Below the pieces are notes generated by a model. It worked only from the letters and a program-made list of their open reading frames with translations, was not told the DNA's origin and searched no databases. Shown one piece after another: positions 8,928 through 16,664 of a stretch of 32,000 nt of DNA. The number at the start of each line of letters is the position of its first letter. Position 1 is the stretch's first letter. The translations under genes were made by a program, and so were the position numbers. Source of the DNA: an uncultured Nitrososphaerota archaeon (GTDB taxonomy: Archaea > Korarchaeota > Korarchaeia > Korarchaeales > Korarchaeaceae); NCBI GenBank assembly GCA_964480775.1, contig CAYZRF010000008.1, forward strand, positions 1 to 32,000. Reading direction: 5' to 3'.

Positions 8928-9131
8928 ATTGATTCCCCTACAGCTTCTACTGTCCAAATTATAAATTGGTAATACCAGCAGAACCCTATCTCCACCAAAA
9001 GAGAACGACGCAACTTATGAAACGATGAAGCAGGCTAGGTTTTCCATGCCTTTTAAGTAGTTAGACTTCTACAACTACGGTTTCAAAGAAGGGCTATATT
9101 TTGTTCCTAAGATTCATTTTCTCTCTAACGA

Positions 9132-10367
9132 TTATTCGAAATGTTCTGGTTCGCTTGCATTAGGTGTTTTTCCAACCTTTTGGAGATCAGAAACCTGTAT
9201 TAAGTTCTTTTCAGCTTTTTCGAGGAAGTTCATGTTAAGCTCAATCATAACGATCTTTGATCCAGCCCCCTGGCCCGTATCGTAGGCTACCGCGGCAACT
9301 ATCTTCTTGCCGTCTGGACTCCATGCGCTATCAGATACGATGGCCCTGCTACCGATGTATTCCTCGTAAGTAGGGTCGTTAAAATGAGTAAGTTGAAACT
9401 TGGCTGTGCCATCGCTTTTCATTACCCAAAGCTCGGTTATAAGATATTTACGCCAGTCATATCCCTCACAGGAGCTCCAATCTATTTCAAAACCTGTGCT
9501 TGACATCCAAGCTATCCAGTCTCCGTCAGGGGAATAGTGAGCATGTTCGTCCCAATCATAAAAGGTGTTTGTAAGCCTCTTTAGCTCTCCTGTGACCAAG
9601 TTCAAGATGTATATGTCGATGCCGTACTCTATCTGCCCTTCCTCCAGGTTGCCAGAGAAGATTATCCAAGAATCATCTGGAGAGAAGCCGTGGCTCTCAT
9701 AGAAAAGATGTTGATCTCCGGGCTGATACGTTGTAATATTCTCTAAAAGTGGTCCGTTCTCATCAAATACGAAATCAGCTATTTTTAGGACCCATTCTCC
9801 CCACAAACCATCCCCGCCCAGCCTTTCAGCCCATAGAAGCTTTTTTCCATCATGAGAGAACTGAGGGTGAATCACCCCTTTCTGATTCATTTTCTTCGTA
9901 GGTAAGAAGGTGAGCTGCCAAAACTTGCTACCATCCTTTGTAGTTAGCCAAAGATTGCAGTTAAAGCCCCTTCCTGGGATGGCAAACTCGTCAACGAGAT
10001 GGCCTTCTGCGTCTTCGTTTTGCGCTGTGAAAACTATGTATTCCCCAGAGGGATGCCAAGCAGGATTTCCGTTGTGCTTCTTAGGAGCCCCTGGCTTGTC
10101 TGTCAGGCAAATTTCGTCGGATCCATCCGGCTTCATAATGTAGACATCGTAATAGCCATCAGGCCCTTTTTTGCCGAAAGCAATTAGGTTGTTCGCTGCG
10201 CACCAATCTAGGCTCTTTCCATTTTCCTTGATCGTGATTATACTCAAGACAGCAGAGTTCGTCTTCCTCGCCTTCAAGATCCTATTTCTTATCACAAGAG
10301 CTCCAAAAAGTGCCATAACAACTACTAAAAAAGCTAGAAATGCTATTTTTTGAGAGGAACTACTCAT
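9132..10367 (-). CDS. TolB-like (PD40/WD40-like) beta-propeller protein with N-terminal membrane anchor
   Basis: Repeated 'P.WSPDGK.I.F' type blades (AWHPSGEYIVF, QFSHDGKKLLW, GFSPDDSWIIF, HYSPDGDWIAW, AWSPDGKKIVA) and the N-terminal helix 'IAFLAFLVVVMALFGALVI'. Confidence 0.75.
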   Translation of the reverse strand: MSSSSQKIAFLAFLVVVMALFGALVIRNRILKARKTNSAVLSIITIKENGKSLDWCAANNLIAFGKKGPDGYYDVYIMKPDGSDEICLTDKPGAPKKHNGNPAWHPSGEYIVFTAQNEDAEGHLVDEFAIPGRGFNCNLWLTTKDGSKFWQLTFLPTKKMNQKGVIHPQFSHDGKKLLWAERLGGDGLWGEWVLKIADFVFDENGPLLENITTYQPGDQHLFYESHGFSPDDSWIIFSGNLEEGQIEYGIDIYILNLVTGELKRLTNTFYDWDEHAHYSPDGDWIAWMSSTGFEIDWSSCEGYDWRKYLITELWVMKSDGTAKFQLTHFNDPTYEEYIGSRAIVSDSAWSPDGKKIVAAVAYDTGQGAGSKIVMIELNMNFLEKAEKNLIQVSDLQKVGKTPNASEPEHFE

Positions 10368-10479
10368 TAGATCCTTAAAGGATTCCTTAAGCTAAAAAGG
10401 CTATTAATCCCCAACGAAATTTCAAATGGCATGTATCCTTCCAAAATAATCCCTGGACAGCGAGCTAACAAAGAGGAAT

Positions 10480-11157
10480 TCACCAAGCTATCAGCCAGAC
10501 CTCCTCTTTAATCTTGAATCCCTCTTTTTGGACCAAATGGTCTTCTATGGCTTTGCCGTGGGATGCCCCATAAAAGAGTCCCAATCTTTTTACTCCCGTT
10601 CCTAAGAACTTCCTTATTCCTTCTATTATGTGTCTGTCTCTGTACTCAAGCAAGGCCCTTCCTATCTCATCATAAGGCCATTCAATGAGGTATTCCGCGT
10701 ATTCTCTCTTGTTGAGGAGACGTCCTAGCCCTTTCCTCTCGTATCTATCTAGTACTATGTTTTTAGCCCTCTCAATATCCTCCTGCGTTGGAAATCTTCT
10801 CCTGAACTCTTCCCACATCTCCTTCCAGCTTACATCCCAGTGAACCCAATTGTCTGCCGAATAGTCCATAACGTGGTGCACAAACCAAAGGTCTGATGGC
10901 CAAGCTGCCCTTGGTTCATGCTTGTCCCAGAAATCGAACAAATCAATATAGACCTTTAATTCCTTAGTTGGCTCGCATTTTTTGATCCTTTCATACAGTA
11001 TTTTCTCGCAATTGTTCAAGATTTCTTGTAGAGACAGGAAATACTCTCTCCTCGCGATATGAACGTTTCCAGCAAAGATGACCGAGACATCATCCTTTGC
11101 ATATGTTCTGACAACGGTCTCAATGTTTCCTCCACTATAACGGATGAAACCGCTCAA
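10480..11157 (-). CDS. hypothetical protein, possibly TraB/GumN/ChaN-like
   Basis: 225 aa. 'VIFAGNVHIARREYF' near the N-terminus and 'YRDRHIIEGIRKFL...LGLFYGASHGKAIEDHL' near the C-terminus resemble the GTxH ... RD..M ... GaGH pattern of that family. Weak, by eye only. Confidence 0.35.
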   Translation of the reverse strand: MSGFIRYSGGNIETVVRTYAKDDVSVIFAGNVHIARREYFLSLQEILNNCEKILYERIKKCEPTKELKVYIDLFDFWDKHEPRAAWPSDLWFVHHVMDYSADNWVHWDVSWKEMWEEFRRRFPTQEDIERAKNIVLDRYERKGLGRLLNKREYAEYLIEWPYDEIGRALLEYRDRHIIEGIRKFLGTGVKRLGLFYGASHGKAIEDHLVQKEGFKIKEEVWLIAW

Positions 11158-11350
11158 GGGCCTTGCATTTTTATATTGAATTCTTCAAGTTATTTATTCT
11201 TATTTTTTCGTAAAGAAAGCGTGTTAGAACTTGCTATTGATCTCAACGCTTGCTCTCAGAAACTGTTTATTCCTTTTTTGTTTTCTTAACTCCCTATGAC
11301 CTACTGAATTATGGTCTCTAAGACTTTTCCTTAATTTGATGAACTTTATT

Positions 11351-11389
11351 AATTCGAAAAAGCTAAGATTATTCGGTGAATTCGAAAAA
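11351..11389 (+). promoter_or_regulatory. direct repeat AATTCGAAAAA x2 (11351-11361, 11379-11389), candidate VapB operator
   Basis: Two identical 11-mers each contain the TTCGAA palindrome. One abuts the TATA-like TTTATTAA (11345-11352) and the other ends on the A of the vapB ATG. Degenerate copies lie at 11371 and 11392. Confidence 0.3.
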
Positions 11390-11622
11390 TGATCGAAAGT
11401 CGAGTTGGTTCGAAAGGTGAACTCTTCCCGCCAAAGGAAATTAGGGAAAAGCTAGGTCTAAGGCCGCACACCAAGGTCATCTACAGGATAGAGGATGGAA
11501 AACTCATAGTTGAGCCAGTTCCAAGCATAGAAGAGGTGTTAGAAGAGCCTACGTCGGTTGAGATAACGCTTGAGGAGTTCCATGAGTCTAGGAAGAAATT
11601 ATCCAAGAGGGCTGAATCATGA
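11389..11622 (+). CDS. vapB: AbrB/SpoVT-type antitoxin (VapB)
   Basis: 77 aa. The swapped-hairpin-type N-terminus 'GELFPPKEIREKLGLRPHTKVIYRIEDGKLIVEPV' is present, and the stop overlaps the start of the PIN gene (ATGA). Confidence 0.8.
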   Translation: MIESRVGSKGELFPPKEIREKLGLRPHTKVIYRIEDGKLIVEPVPSIEEVLEEPTSVEITLEEFHESRKKLSKRAES

Positions 11623-12083
11623 AATTGTTGCTGGATACAACTTATTTCCTTCCAATAATAGGTATTGGGGTCAAAAATGTCCCAAAAGGAGCTTTGGGAG
11701 AGCTGCTTAAGAGAAACTACGAGATCTTTATGAGCGAGATAAGCATCTTCGAACTCTCTGCCAAAGGGGCAAAATACGTGGCAGATGGAAAGATCCCTCC
11801 AGAGAGAGTACTGAGAGGTATAAGGGCCATCTTGTACGAAGACAAGGTGGTAAAAGTCCCGATACATGAGAGTAGAGGCCTTCTCACATCCTTTAAGCTC
11901 AGAAGAATGCTGCCCGATTTCATAGATTGCGTCGTATTATCCTCTGCAATGGTTAATTGCGAAGTTTTGATAACAGAGGATGAAGATATCCATAGACTGA
12001 AGCAGAACAAAGGGTTTAACGAGCTTCTAGATGTAACAAAACCAGGTTTTAAGATACTAAGGGTAGCTGACGTATTGTCATGA
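11619..12083 (+). CDS. vapC: PIN-domain ribonuclease toxin (VapC)
   Basis: 154 aa. 'LLLDTTYF' (first acidic residue), 'SEISIFEL', 'FIDCVVLSSA' and 'LITEDEDI' form the PIN acidic quartet pattern. There is a 4-nt overlap with vapB. Confidence 0.8.
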   Translation: MKLLLDTTYFLPIIGIGVKNVPKGALGELLKRNYEIFMSEISIFELSAKGAKYVADGKIPPERVLRGIRAILYEDKVVKVPIHESRGLLTSFKLRRMLPDFIDCVVLSSAMVNCEVLITEDEDIHRLKQNKGFNELLDVTKPGFKILRVADVLS

Positions 12084-12103
12084 CGTGAAACCGTTCTTTC
12101 ACG
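12084..12103 (+). terminator. hairpin CGTGAAA-ccgttc-TTTCACG directly after the vapC stop
   Basis: Perfect 7-bp inverted repeat with a 6-nt loop, starting 1 nt after TGA 12081-12083. Confidence 0.3.
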
Positions 12104-12142
12104 CAACCAACGCTTGATCCATGTACCATTGACGATCATATG

Positions 12143-12152
12143 TTTTTTAAAA
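12143..12152 (+). promoter_or_regulatory. TATA-like TTTTTTAAAA upstream of the propeller gene
   Basis: Lies 32-41 nt upstream of TTG 12184. Confidence 0.25.
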
Positions 12153-12183
12153 GGAACCAAGTTATATTCATTGATATCCAGAA

Positions 12184-13368
12184 TTGGGTAGGTATAAATT
12201 TAGATTTTTGAATATAATGATCATCATAATTCTATTTCTTTTGAGTATGCGTGCTTATCCTGTTATTGCTGATCCACTGTGGTTAAGGAGCTTCAAAGAG
12301 ACGACAAGAGCCGAAGTTTATATTTCCTCAACAGGAAATTTAATCCTACTATATGAGGACTCCTGCCTCCATATGATATCAAATAATGGTACTGAGATTT
12401 GGCAAATATCTAGTGTTAGCGATTTTGCCTTTAGTCGTAATTTCGAAAAAATAGCTTTAGTTAGAAGTGAAGACGAGATTGAAATTATAAATTCATCAGG
12501 AATCGTTCTTAACTTAATCAAAACACCTAGTCCGTATAAGGTTGGTATATCCGCTGATGGATCTACCCTTGTTGCGGCATCAACCAATGGATCAATCTAT
12601 GTTTATGAATTCAATGCAACTGGGATCTTATCTGAGTGTTATTCTATGCTTTCAGGACACTATATATGGGAGGTTAGTTCTGTCTCTTTGTCTAACGACG
12701 GAAAATATGTAGCTATCGGGACTCAATGGGGGAATCTTATCCTCTTAGATCGTATAAAGAAGAGGTCAATTGAATATTGGGCCAAAAGAAATTGTCCAAT
12801 AACTCCTTTTTTAAGTCCAGATGGATCTTACCTAGTAGTTTTGGAGAGGTACTCACTTAATGACTTCTTACTTCTTGTATTTAACCAAGAATTGCAGATT
12901 TTATTGCATAAATGGCTTTGGGTAGCTGCAGAGAACCCAATATCCATGTCTCCAGAGTTTAACTATATCGCGCTAACCGATTTCTCGTATGGCATTGAAC
13001 TAATTACGATTACAGGTTATCGAATTATGTCTAGGTGGTTTCCTGCAAGATCTCATCCTTTTGAGTTTGAGACAGTTTCGTCCATTTCTGTTTCTAAAAA
13101 TGCTCAATACTTGGCCGTAGGTACCTTAAACGGTACGATATATCTACTTAATCAGAACGGTACTTTACTTTGGAGATACTATGTAAAAGAACCAATAGTA
13201 TCGGTTGCTATATCTGAAAGTGGAGATTACTTGGTTGCAGTAACATCTCACTCTCATCTGCTTTTTATGAGAGGTTCGTATCTTTTCGTTATTCCCGAGC
13301 ATCCAAAAAAACGCAACCCAAGTATATCCTTCAGACAAATTATCTGTAAAGGTAATGGTTGGAGATAA
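12184..13368 (+). CDS. secreted beta-propeller repeat protein (PQQ/WD40-like); probably the N-terminal part of a longer surface protein
   Basis: Signal-peptide-like N-terminus (MGRYKFRF-LNIMIIIILFLLSMRAYPVIA). Recurrent blades 'ISADGSTLVAASTNGSIYVY', 'LSNDGKYVAIGTQWGNLILL', 'VSKNAQYLAVGTLNGTIYLL' and 'ISESGDYLVAVTSHSHL'. A/T-rich. The last ~19 codons after the A7 run look out of frame. Confidence 0.65.
   Translation: MGRYKFRFLNIMIIIILFLLSMRAYPVIADPLWLRSFKETTRAEVYISSTGNLILLYEDSCLHMISNNGTEIWQISSVSDFAFSRNFEKIALVRSEDEIEIINSSGIVLNLIKTPSPYKVGISADGSTLVAASTNGSIYVYEFNATGILSECYSMLSGHYIWEVSSVSLSNDGKYVAIGTQWGNLILLDRIKKRSIEYWAKRNCPITPFLSPDGSYLVVLERYSLNDFLLLVFNQELQILLHKWLWVAAENPISMSPEFNYIALTDFSYGIELITITGYRIMSRWFPARSHPFEFETVSSISVSKNAQYLAVGTLNGTIYLLNQNGTLLWRYYVKEPIVSVAISESGDYLVAVTSHSHLLFMRGSYLFVIPEHPKKRNPSISFRQIICKGNGWR
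13305..13311 (+). repeat. A7 homopolymer at the junction of the two surface-protein reading frames
   Basis: In the frame of 12184..13368 it reads cca aaa aaa cgc. Removing one A joins it to the frame of 13355..14527, which is open from 13271. Confidence 0.9.
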
Positions 13369-14527
13369 GCCTTTACAAGGAGCAATAGTGACTTTTTACA
13401 TCTCTAGATTGCCTATTTGGGCATTGTATTCGATAGTATTTGTCGATACCAATCTGACAAATTCAAATGGGATAGCAGAATTTTCATTACGTAACTTTGA
13501 ACCAGGGAATTACACTTGGAAAGTGAGAGTGCTCAAAGAAGGTTTTTTGCCAGTAGAGTCAGAAGACTACTTTTTTGAGGTTAGAGATAAACTCACACTT
13601 TTACTTGAAGCCCCTCCTACTGGTTACAATAGTAATCAAGGTCCACAATTGCTAAAAGTACGAGTCGTAAATAAGGAGAACCATGCTGTGCCTGGAGCTT
13701 TAGTAACCTTTAGTGTCCGCCTTCCATATCCTCCCTATTTTGAACAGAAAAAAGTCCTTACTAATTCACACGGAGAGACTTCAGCAATAATTTGGCTAAG
13801 CGAAAATGGCATATATGAATGGACAGCAGTAGCAGAAAAGCCTGGTTTCGATAAATCGAATGAAACCTGCTGGTTTGTTCTTATAGTATCGGAGACCAAG
13901 ATTGATCCTTTTATCTTAGTGGTTTTAGCCTTTTTTCTAGGTCTTGGTATTAATTATATAATAAAGAACCTGAAAATTAAAAAATCATCCATTATTAAAG
14001 AATTAATTAGAAAGGAAACATATATAAAAAGTCAAAGTTACAGAAAGAGTTGTATTATTGCTGGCTTCTCTCTTGGAAGCGCTATTTCAGGTTGGGTTGC
14101 AGTTACAATTTTTTCCATATTTAAAATTGAGATCATTAGGTTTCTAGAGCTTTGGTCATATTTTATGCTTCCTATGTTGCTTAGCAGCATTTTCGGGGCT
14201 TTACTGGGATATATAGAAAGAAAATCTCCTGGACTGGGGTGGGGGTTGGGTTTAACTCTTTCTCTCCTGCCTATCTTCATCAACTGGTATCAACAGTCTT
14301 GGATTAGCTTTTCTGAAAACATAGAAAAAATTGTTAGATATCTAAGATCGACACAAACATATGTCGATATCTCATTGGTCAGTTCTTCTTTAGATAGTAG
14401 GTTAAATTATTCAAAAACTTTATTTGTAATAATAACTGCCCTTTTTTCTTTCGTAATTTCATATATTGTAACCCGGCTTTATGAACTTAATTGCAGAAGT
14501 GCTTTTTCCCATAAAGAGATGACCTAA
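13355..14527 (+). CDS. two Ig-like (carboxypeptidase-regulatory/prealbumin-like) domains plus a C-terminal ~5-TM region; probably continuous with the preceding ORF
   Basis: Repeats 'GDKPLQGAIVTFY...NSNGIAEFSL...GNYTWKV...EGF' and 'NHAVPGALVTFSV...NSHGETSAII...GIYEWTAVAEKPGF', then five hydrophobic helices. The first beta-strand of domain 1 (LSVKV) is encoded upstream of the ATG in the same frame. Confidence 0.65.
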   Translation: MVGDKPLQGAIVTFYISRLPIWALYSIVFVDTNLTNSNGIAEFSLRNFEPGNYTWKVRVLKEGFLPVESEDYFFEVRDKLTLLLEAPPTGYNSNQGPQLLKVRVVNKENHAVPGALVTFSVRLPYPPYFEQKKVLTNSHGETSAIIWLSENGIYEWTAVAEKPGFDKSNETCWFVLIVSETKIDPFILVVLAFFLGLGINYIIKNLKIKKSSIIKELIRKETYIKSQSYRKSCIIAGFSLGSAISGWVAVTIFSIFKIEIIRFLELWSYFMLPMLLSSIFGALLGYIERKSPGLGWGLGLTLSLLPIFINWYQQSWISFSENIEKIVRYLRSTQTYVDISLVSSSLDSRLNYSKTLFVIITALFSFVISYIVTRLYELNCRSAFSHKEMT

Positions 14528-14848
14528 TTATCAAGAATCTCTTTTGGGCATTTGTATAGTCTTTGGGCGTTATACATTTAGAAGGGGAACTTTCTGAGAT
14601 CGAGTGGCTAATTAAGGTAAGAGAATTCTGATAACTCGTAAACAGCACATGGATCATTTTAACCTAAGATCGTTATTACTTTAGTAAGAGTGTAGTAGTT
14701 AGAAGATCCATTCGGATTTCTGCCTGATCTCAACTTGTAAAATAACATGTAACAACTTCGAGAACAGCAAATAAGACCTATGAATGAAACTGATCTATTC
14801 AAGTTCAAAGACTTAAGAGAAAGTTAAACATACACTTACAACTTTGAA

Positions 14849-15010
14849 CTATTTGAAACTTTTTCCTGTGAAATACAATGTCCCTATATCCCACCAGCCA
14901 GTCCATCCGCTCTTAATTATTCCAACCCTCTCCAGGCTCTCGTCTTCCAGCAATACAGGGGTTCTCTCTCTAATCTTAATCTCCTTCCTATCTTTTAGCA
15001 AAGGAATCAT
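14849..15010 (-). pseudogene. 53-codon stub resembling the N-terminus of the PH/GRAM-like protein at 15696..16172
   Basis: MIPLLKDRKEIKIRERTPVLLEDESLERVGIIKSGWTGWWDIGTLYFTGKSFK. The 'LLEDE...G.LYFTGKSF' pattern parallels 'LFEGE...GVFILTNKRIIF' of the intact neighbour. It is below the ORF-track cutoff. Confidence 0.2.
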
Positions 15011-15171
15011 CCCTATACTTCGCCCTTTTGGCCCTCCCCTTTGTACTTGAAGTATGTGAAGCCTCCTCCCAAAGTATCGGAAACGCTCTCTTCGCTTCTA
15101 TTCCTAGAACATCTCCTGTATCCGCACTAATTTCAACTCAAAAGGCGTAATATTCTAGGTAGAGACCCGTA

Positions 15172-15571
15172 TCATTGGATAATAGCAATACTGCCGTGAG
15201 GAGAAATGAAAGCTATTCGAACGTTTAACATATCGTGTAATTTCTTGTTATCCCATCTGCTAAAGGTAAGATGATATTGAGTGCTTTTCTAACCAAGAGG
15301 TTGTTGTGTGACGAAAGCATACCCCGGCGATATGGCCATCCTTGTGACCTCCTTTATGCTATTCCCTGCAAGATCAACGGCCCGTATTTCGATCTCTATT
15401 TCAAGCTCAAGTATTTCAAGCAAATTGTCAATTCTTATGCTTAGCACAAGAACCTTCCTACTCGAACTACGCTTCTGTTTCCGGAACAAACGTTATTGAT
15501 TGAACCGTGACTTGCTCATCCATCAGTTCAGAGAAGCAGATCTCTATCTCATTGGCAAGCAGCTCGCTCAT
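15172..15571 (-). pseudogene. decayed tandem paralogue of the PH/GRAM-like gene 15696..16172 (one frameshift plus one in-frame TAG)
   Basis: Three collinear pieces. A (15467-15571) ends '...VTVQSITFVPETEA*'. B (15289-15489) contains '...RAVDLAGNSIKE...MAISPG...'. C (15172-15288, same frame as B after the TAG) reads 'YHLTF...VRIAFISPHG'. The intact copy has 'ILTNKRIIFVPS', 'DVNLAGSDLPKD...KISLS', 'YLFTNY' and 'DIAYSFLFG' in the same order, and the FVP-to-LAG spacing is about 38 versus 40 aa. Confidence 0.4.
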
Positions 15572-15695
15572 ACAAACGATGTTACACTTTTCAGTGGTTT
15601 ATTCTCAGCTCTTTCAAAGCGAATGTATTTAGGTGAGTACCTTGCTAAAGTAAGAGAGATCGTTGGTTTCGTATGTCCGATATATCACGAACACT

Positions 15696-16172
15696 TTACT
15701 GCCCTGTGCTTGCTTTCGCGGCTTCCATTATCTTCTTTGCAAGCTCCTTCTTACTCCTAGCGGCCTGCCCAAATAGGAACGAGTAGGCTATGTCCTTCCC
15801 TCCTGCTTCATATTTTACCATCAAGTAATTAGTGAAAAGGTAGGCCTTCCTTGCTTCAGCCTTCTTAACAGTGCTAAGCGAAATTTTCAAGAAATTGGAG
15901 TCCTTTGGCAAATCCGACCCTGCCAGGTTAACATCTCCTTTGCCTGAAGAAATCTCCGAAGCGAAATCTAGAATGTCCTTTATTAGTCCTTCGTTCAGGA
16001 GAAAGGCTAATGGTTCCAATATGCTTTCGGTGAGAGATCTGCTTGGTACGAAAATTATTCTTTTATTGGTTAGAATGAAGACTCCCGCAGCTTTGGCTTC
16101 TCCCATCGCTGTCAGATCTTTGTATTTAGGTTTTTCACCCTCAAACAGCTTAACTCCCTTTTCATATACCAA
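15696..16172 (-). CDS. hypothetical protein with PH/GRAM-like N-terminal motif
   Basis: 158 aa. 'LFEGEKPKYKDLTAMGEAKAAGVFILTNKRIIFVP' follows the bacterial/archaeal PH-GRAM pattern (E...G.l.lTn.Rl.f). The family was not identified further. TTG start. Confidence 0.5.
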   Translation of the reverse strand: MVYEKGVKLFEGEKPKYKDLTAMGEAKAAGVFILTNKRIIFVPSRSLTESILEPLAFLLNEGLIKDILDFASEISSGKGDVNLAGSDLPKDSNFLKISLSTVKKAEARKAYLFTNYLMVKYEAGGKDIAYSFLFGQAARSKKELAKKIMEAAKASTGQ

Positions 16173-16276
16173 AACAACTTCATCCTTATGAATTAAAATC
16201 CCTGAATTCTACGCTCTTATAGATTAAAAAGGCAATGTTTGAGAATGTTTTTATTTTTCTCGATGATAAAAGCGTT

Positions 16277-16420
16277 ATGGAAAGAACTCTATCTGTTAGA
16301 ATCCCTGAAAAGCTCCTTCTGGAGATGAAGAAGCATAAGGTAAATTGGGATGATATAATAGTAAAAGCGATAGAGGAGAAGCTTAAGCGTTTGTCAATGG
16401 ATCCTCAACCTTCCCCGTAA
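16277..16420 (+). CDS. ribbon-helix-helix (CopG/VapB-like) small DNA-binding protein with no adjacent toxin
   Basis: 'MERTLSVRIPEKLLLEMKKHKVNWDDIIVKAIEEKLKRL' is a classic RHH strand-helix-helix layout. The internal ATG 16277 is preferred over ATG 16235. Confidence 0.5.
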   Translation: MERTLSVRIPEKLLLEMKKHKVNWDDIIVKAIEEKLKRLSMDPQPSP

Positions 16421-16516
16421 AAACATTGCAAGAGAGATTGTTAAATCTCCTGAATAGTCTACGCAATCACCGCAATAAAGCCAGGAATATCCAAGCAAAT
16501 CCTTTTTATCTCTCAT
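16394..16516 (-). pseudogene. possible N-terminal stub of a DUF3795-type Cys-rich protein
   Basis: AGGTGA SD lies 5 nt upstream of ATG 16516. 'MRDKKDLLGYSWLYCGDCVDYSG' resembles the start of DUF3795 proteins, but the ORF ends after 40 codons and its tail overlaps the convergent RHH gene. Confidence 0.2.
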
Positions 16517-16664
16517 GATTTCACCTAACTTCCCTTCTTTCAGTGAATTCAAGGAGAGATTGCTTTTATGAAAGCAGTTATGAAAAGAGGTTAACTCGAA
16601 AAACTATAATTTATGCGGATCTCTGTTTTACCAACTCACCAATCATGAGGGAGTTGGCGAAGAT

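Noticed and set aside
10371-10392. Small palindrome TCCTT-A-AAGGA upstream of the TolB-like gene.
   Set aside because: It has only 5-bp arms, which is expected by chance in a 32-kb window.
11481-12160. Two minus-strand ORFs (128 and 147 aa) covering the vapBC locus.
   Set aside because: They are antisense to a textbook AbrB-VapB/PIN-VapC pair with a 4-nt start/stop overlap. No motifs were recognised and their composition is typical of shadow frames.
13303-13311. cc-A-AAA-AAA looks like a canonical X_XXY_YYZ -1 programmed-frameshift heptamer in the frame of the propeller ORF.
   Set aside because: The downstream Ig/TM frame is +1 (or -2) relative to the upstream frame, not -1. A -1 slip would enter the third frame, so classical -1 PRF does not join the two ORFs.
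14844-15050. Plus-strand 68-aa ORF.
   Set aside because: The translation is Ser/Leu/Pro-rich and low in complexity, and it is antisense to the 53-codon PH-like stub.
15289-15291. The in-frame TAG in the PH-like paralogue could be a pyrrolysine codon.
   Set aside because: The same copy also needs a frameshift about 200 nt upstream and diverges strongly from the intact neighbour. Nothing in the window suggests Pyl machinery, so a pseudogene is the simpler reading.
15381-15420. Short tandem-like repeat TATTTCAAGC...TATTTCAAGC, giving 'LEILELEIEIEI' on the minus strand. Checked as a possible CRISPR or minisatellite.
   Set aside because: There are only two 10-nt copies with 5 nt between them (15 nt start to start), inside a decayed coding region, and there is no repeat-spacer periodicity.
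15500-15760. Plus-strand 86-aa ORF with fairly protein-like composition.
   Set aside because: It has a TTG start with no SD or TATA, overlaps the 3' end of the convergent gene 15696..16172 by 65 nt, and is antisense to piece A of the decayed paralogue. No family was recognised. It cannot be fully excluded.
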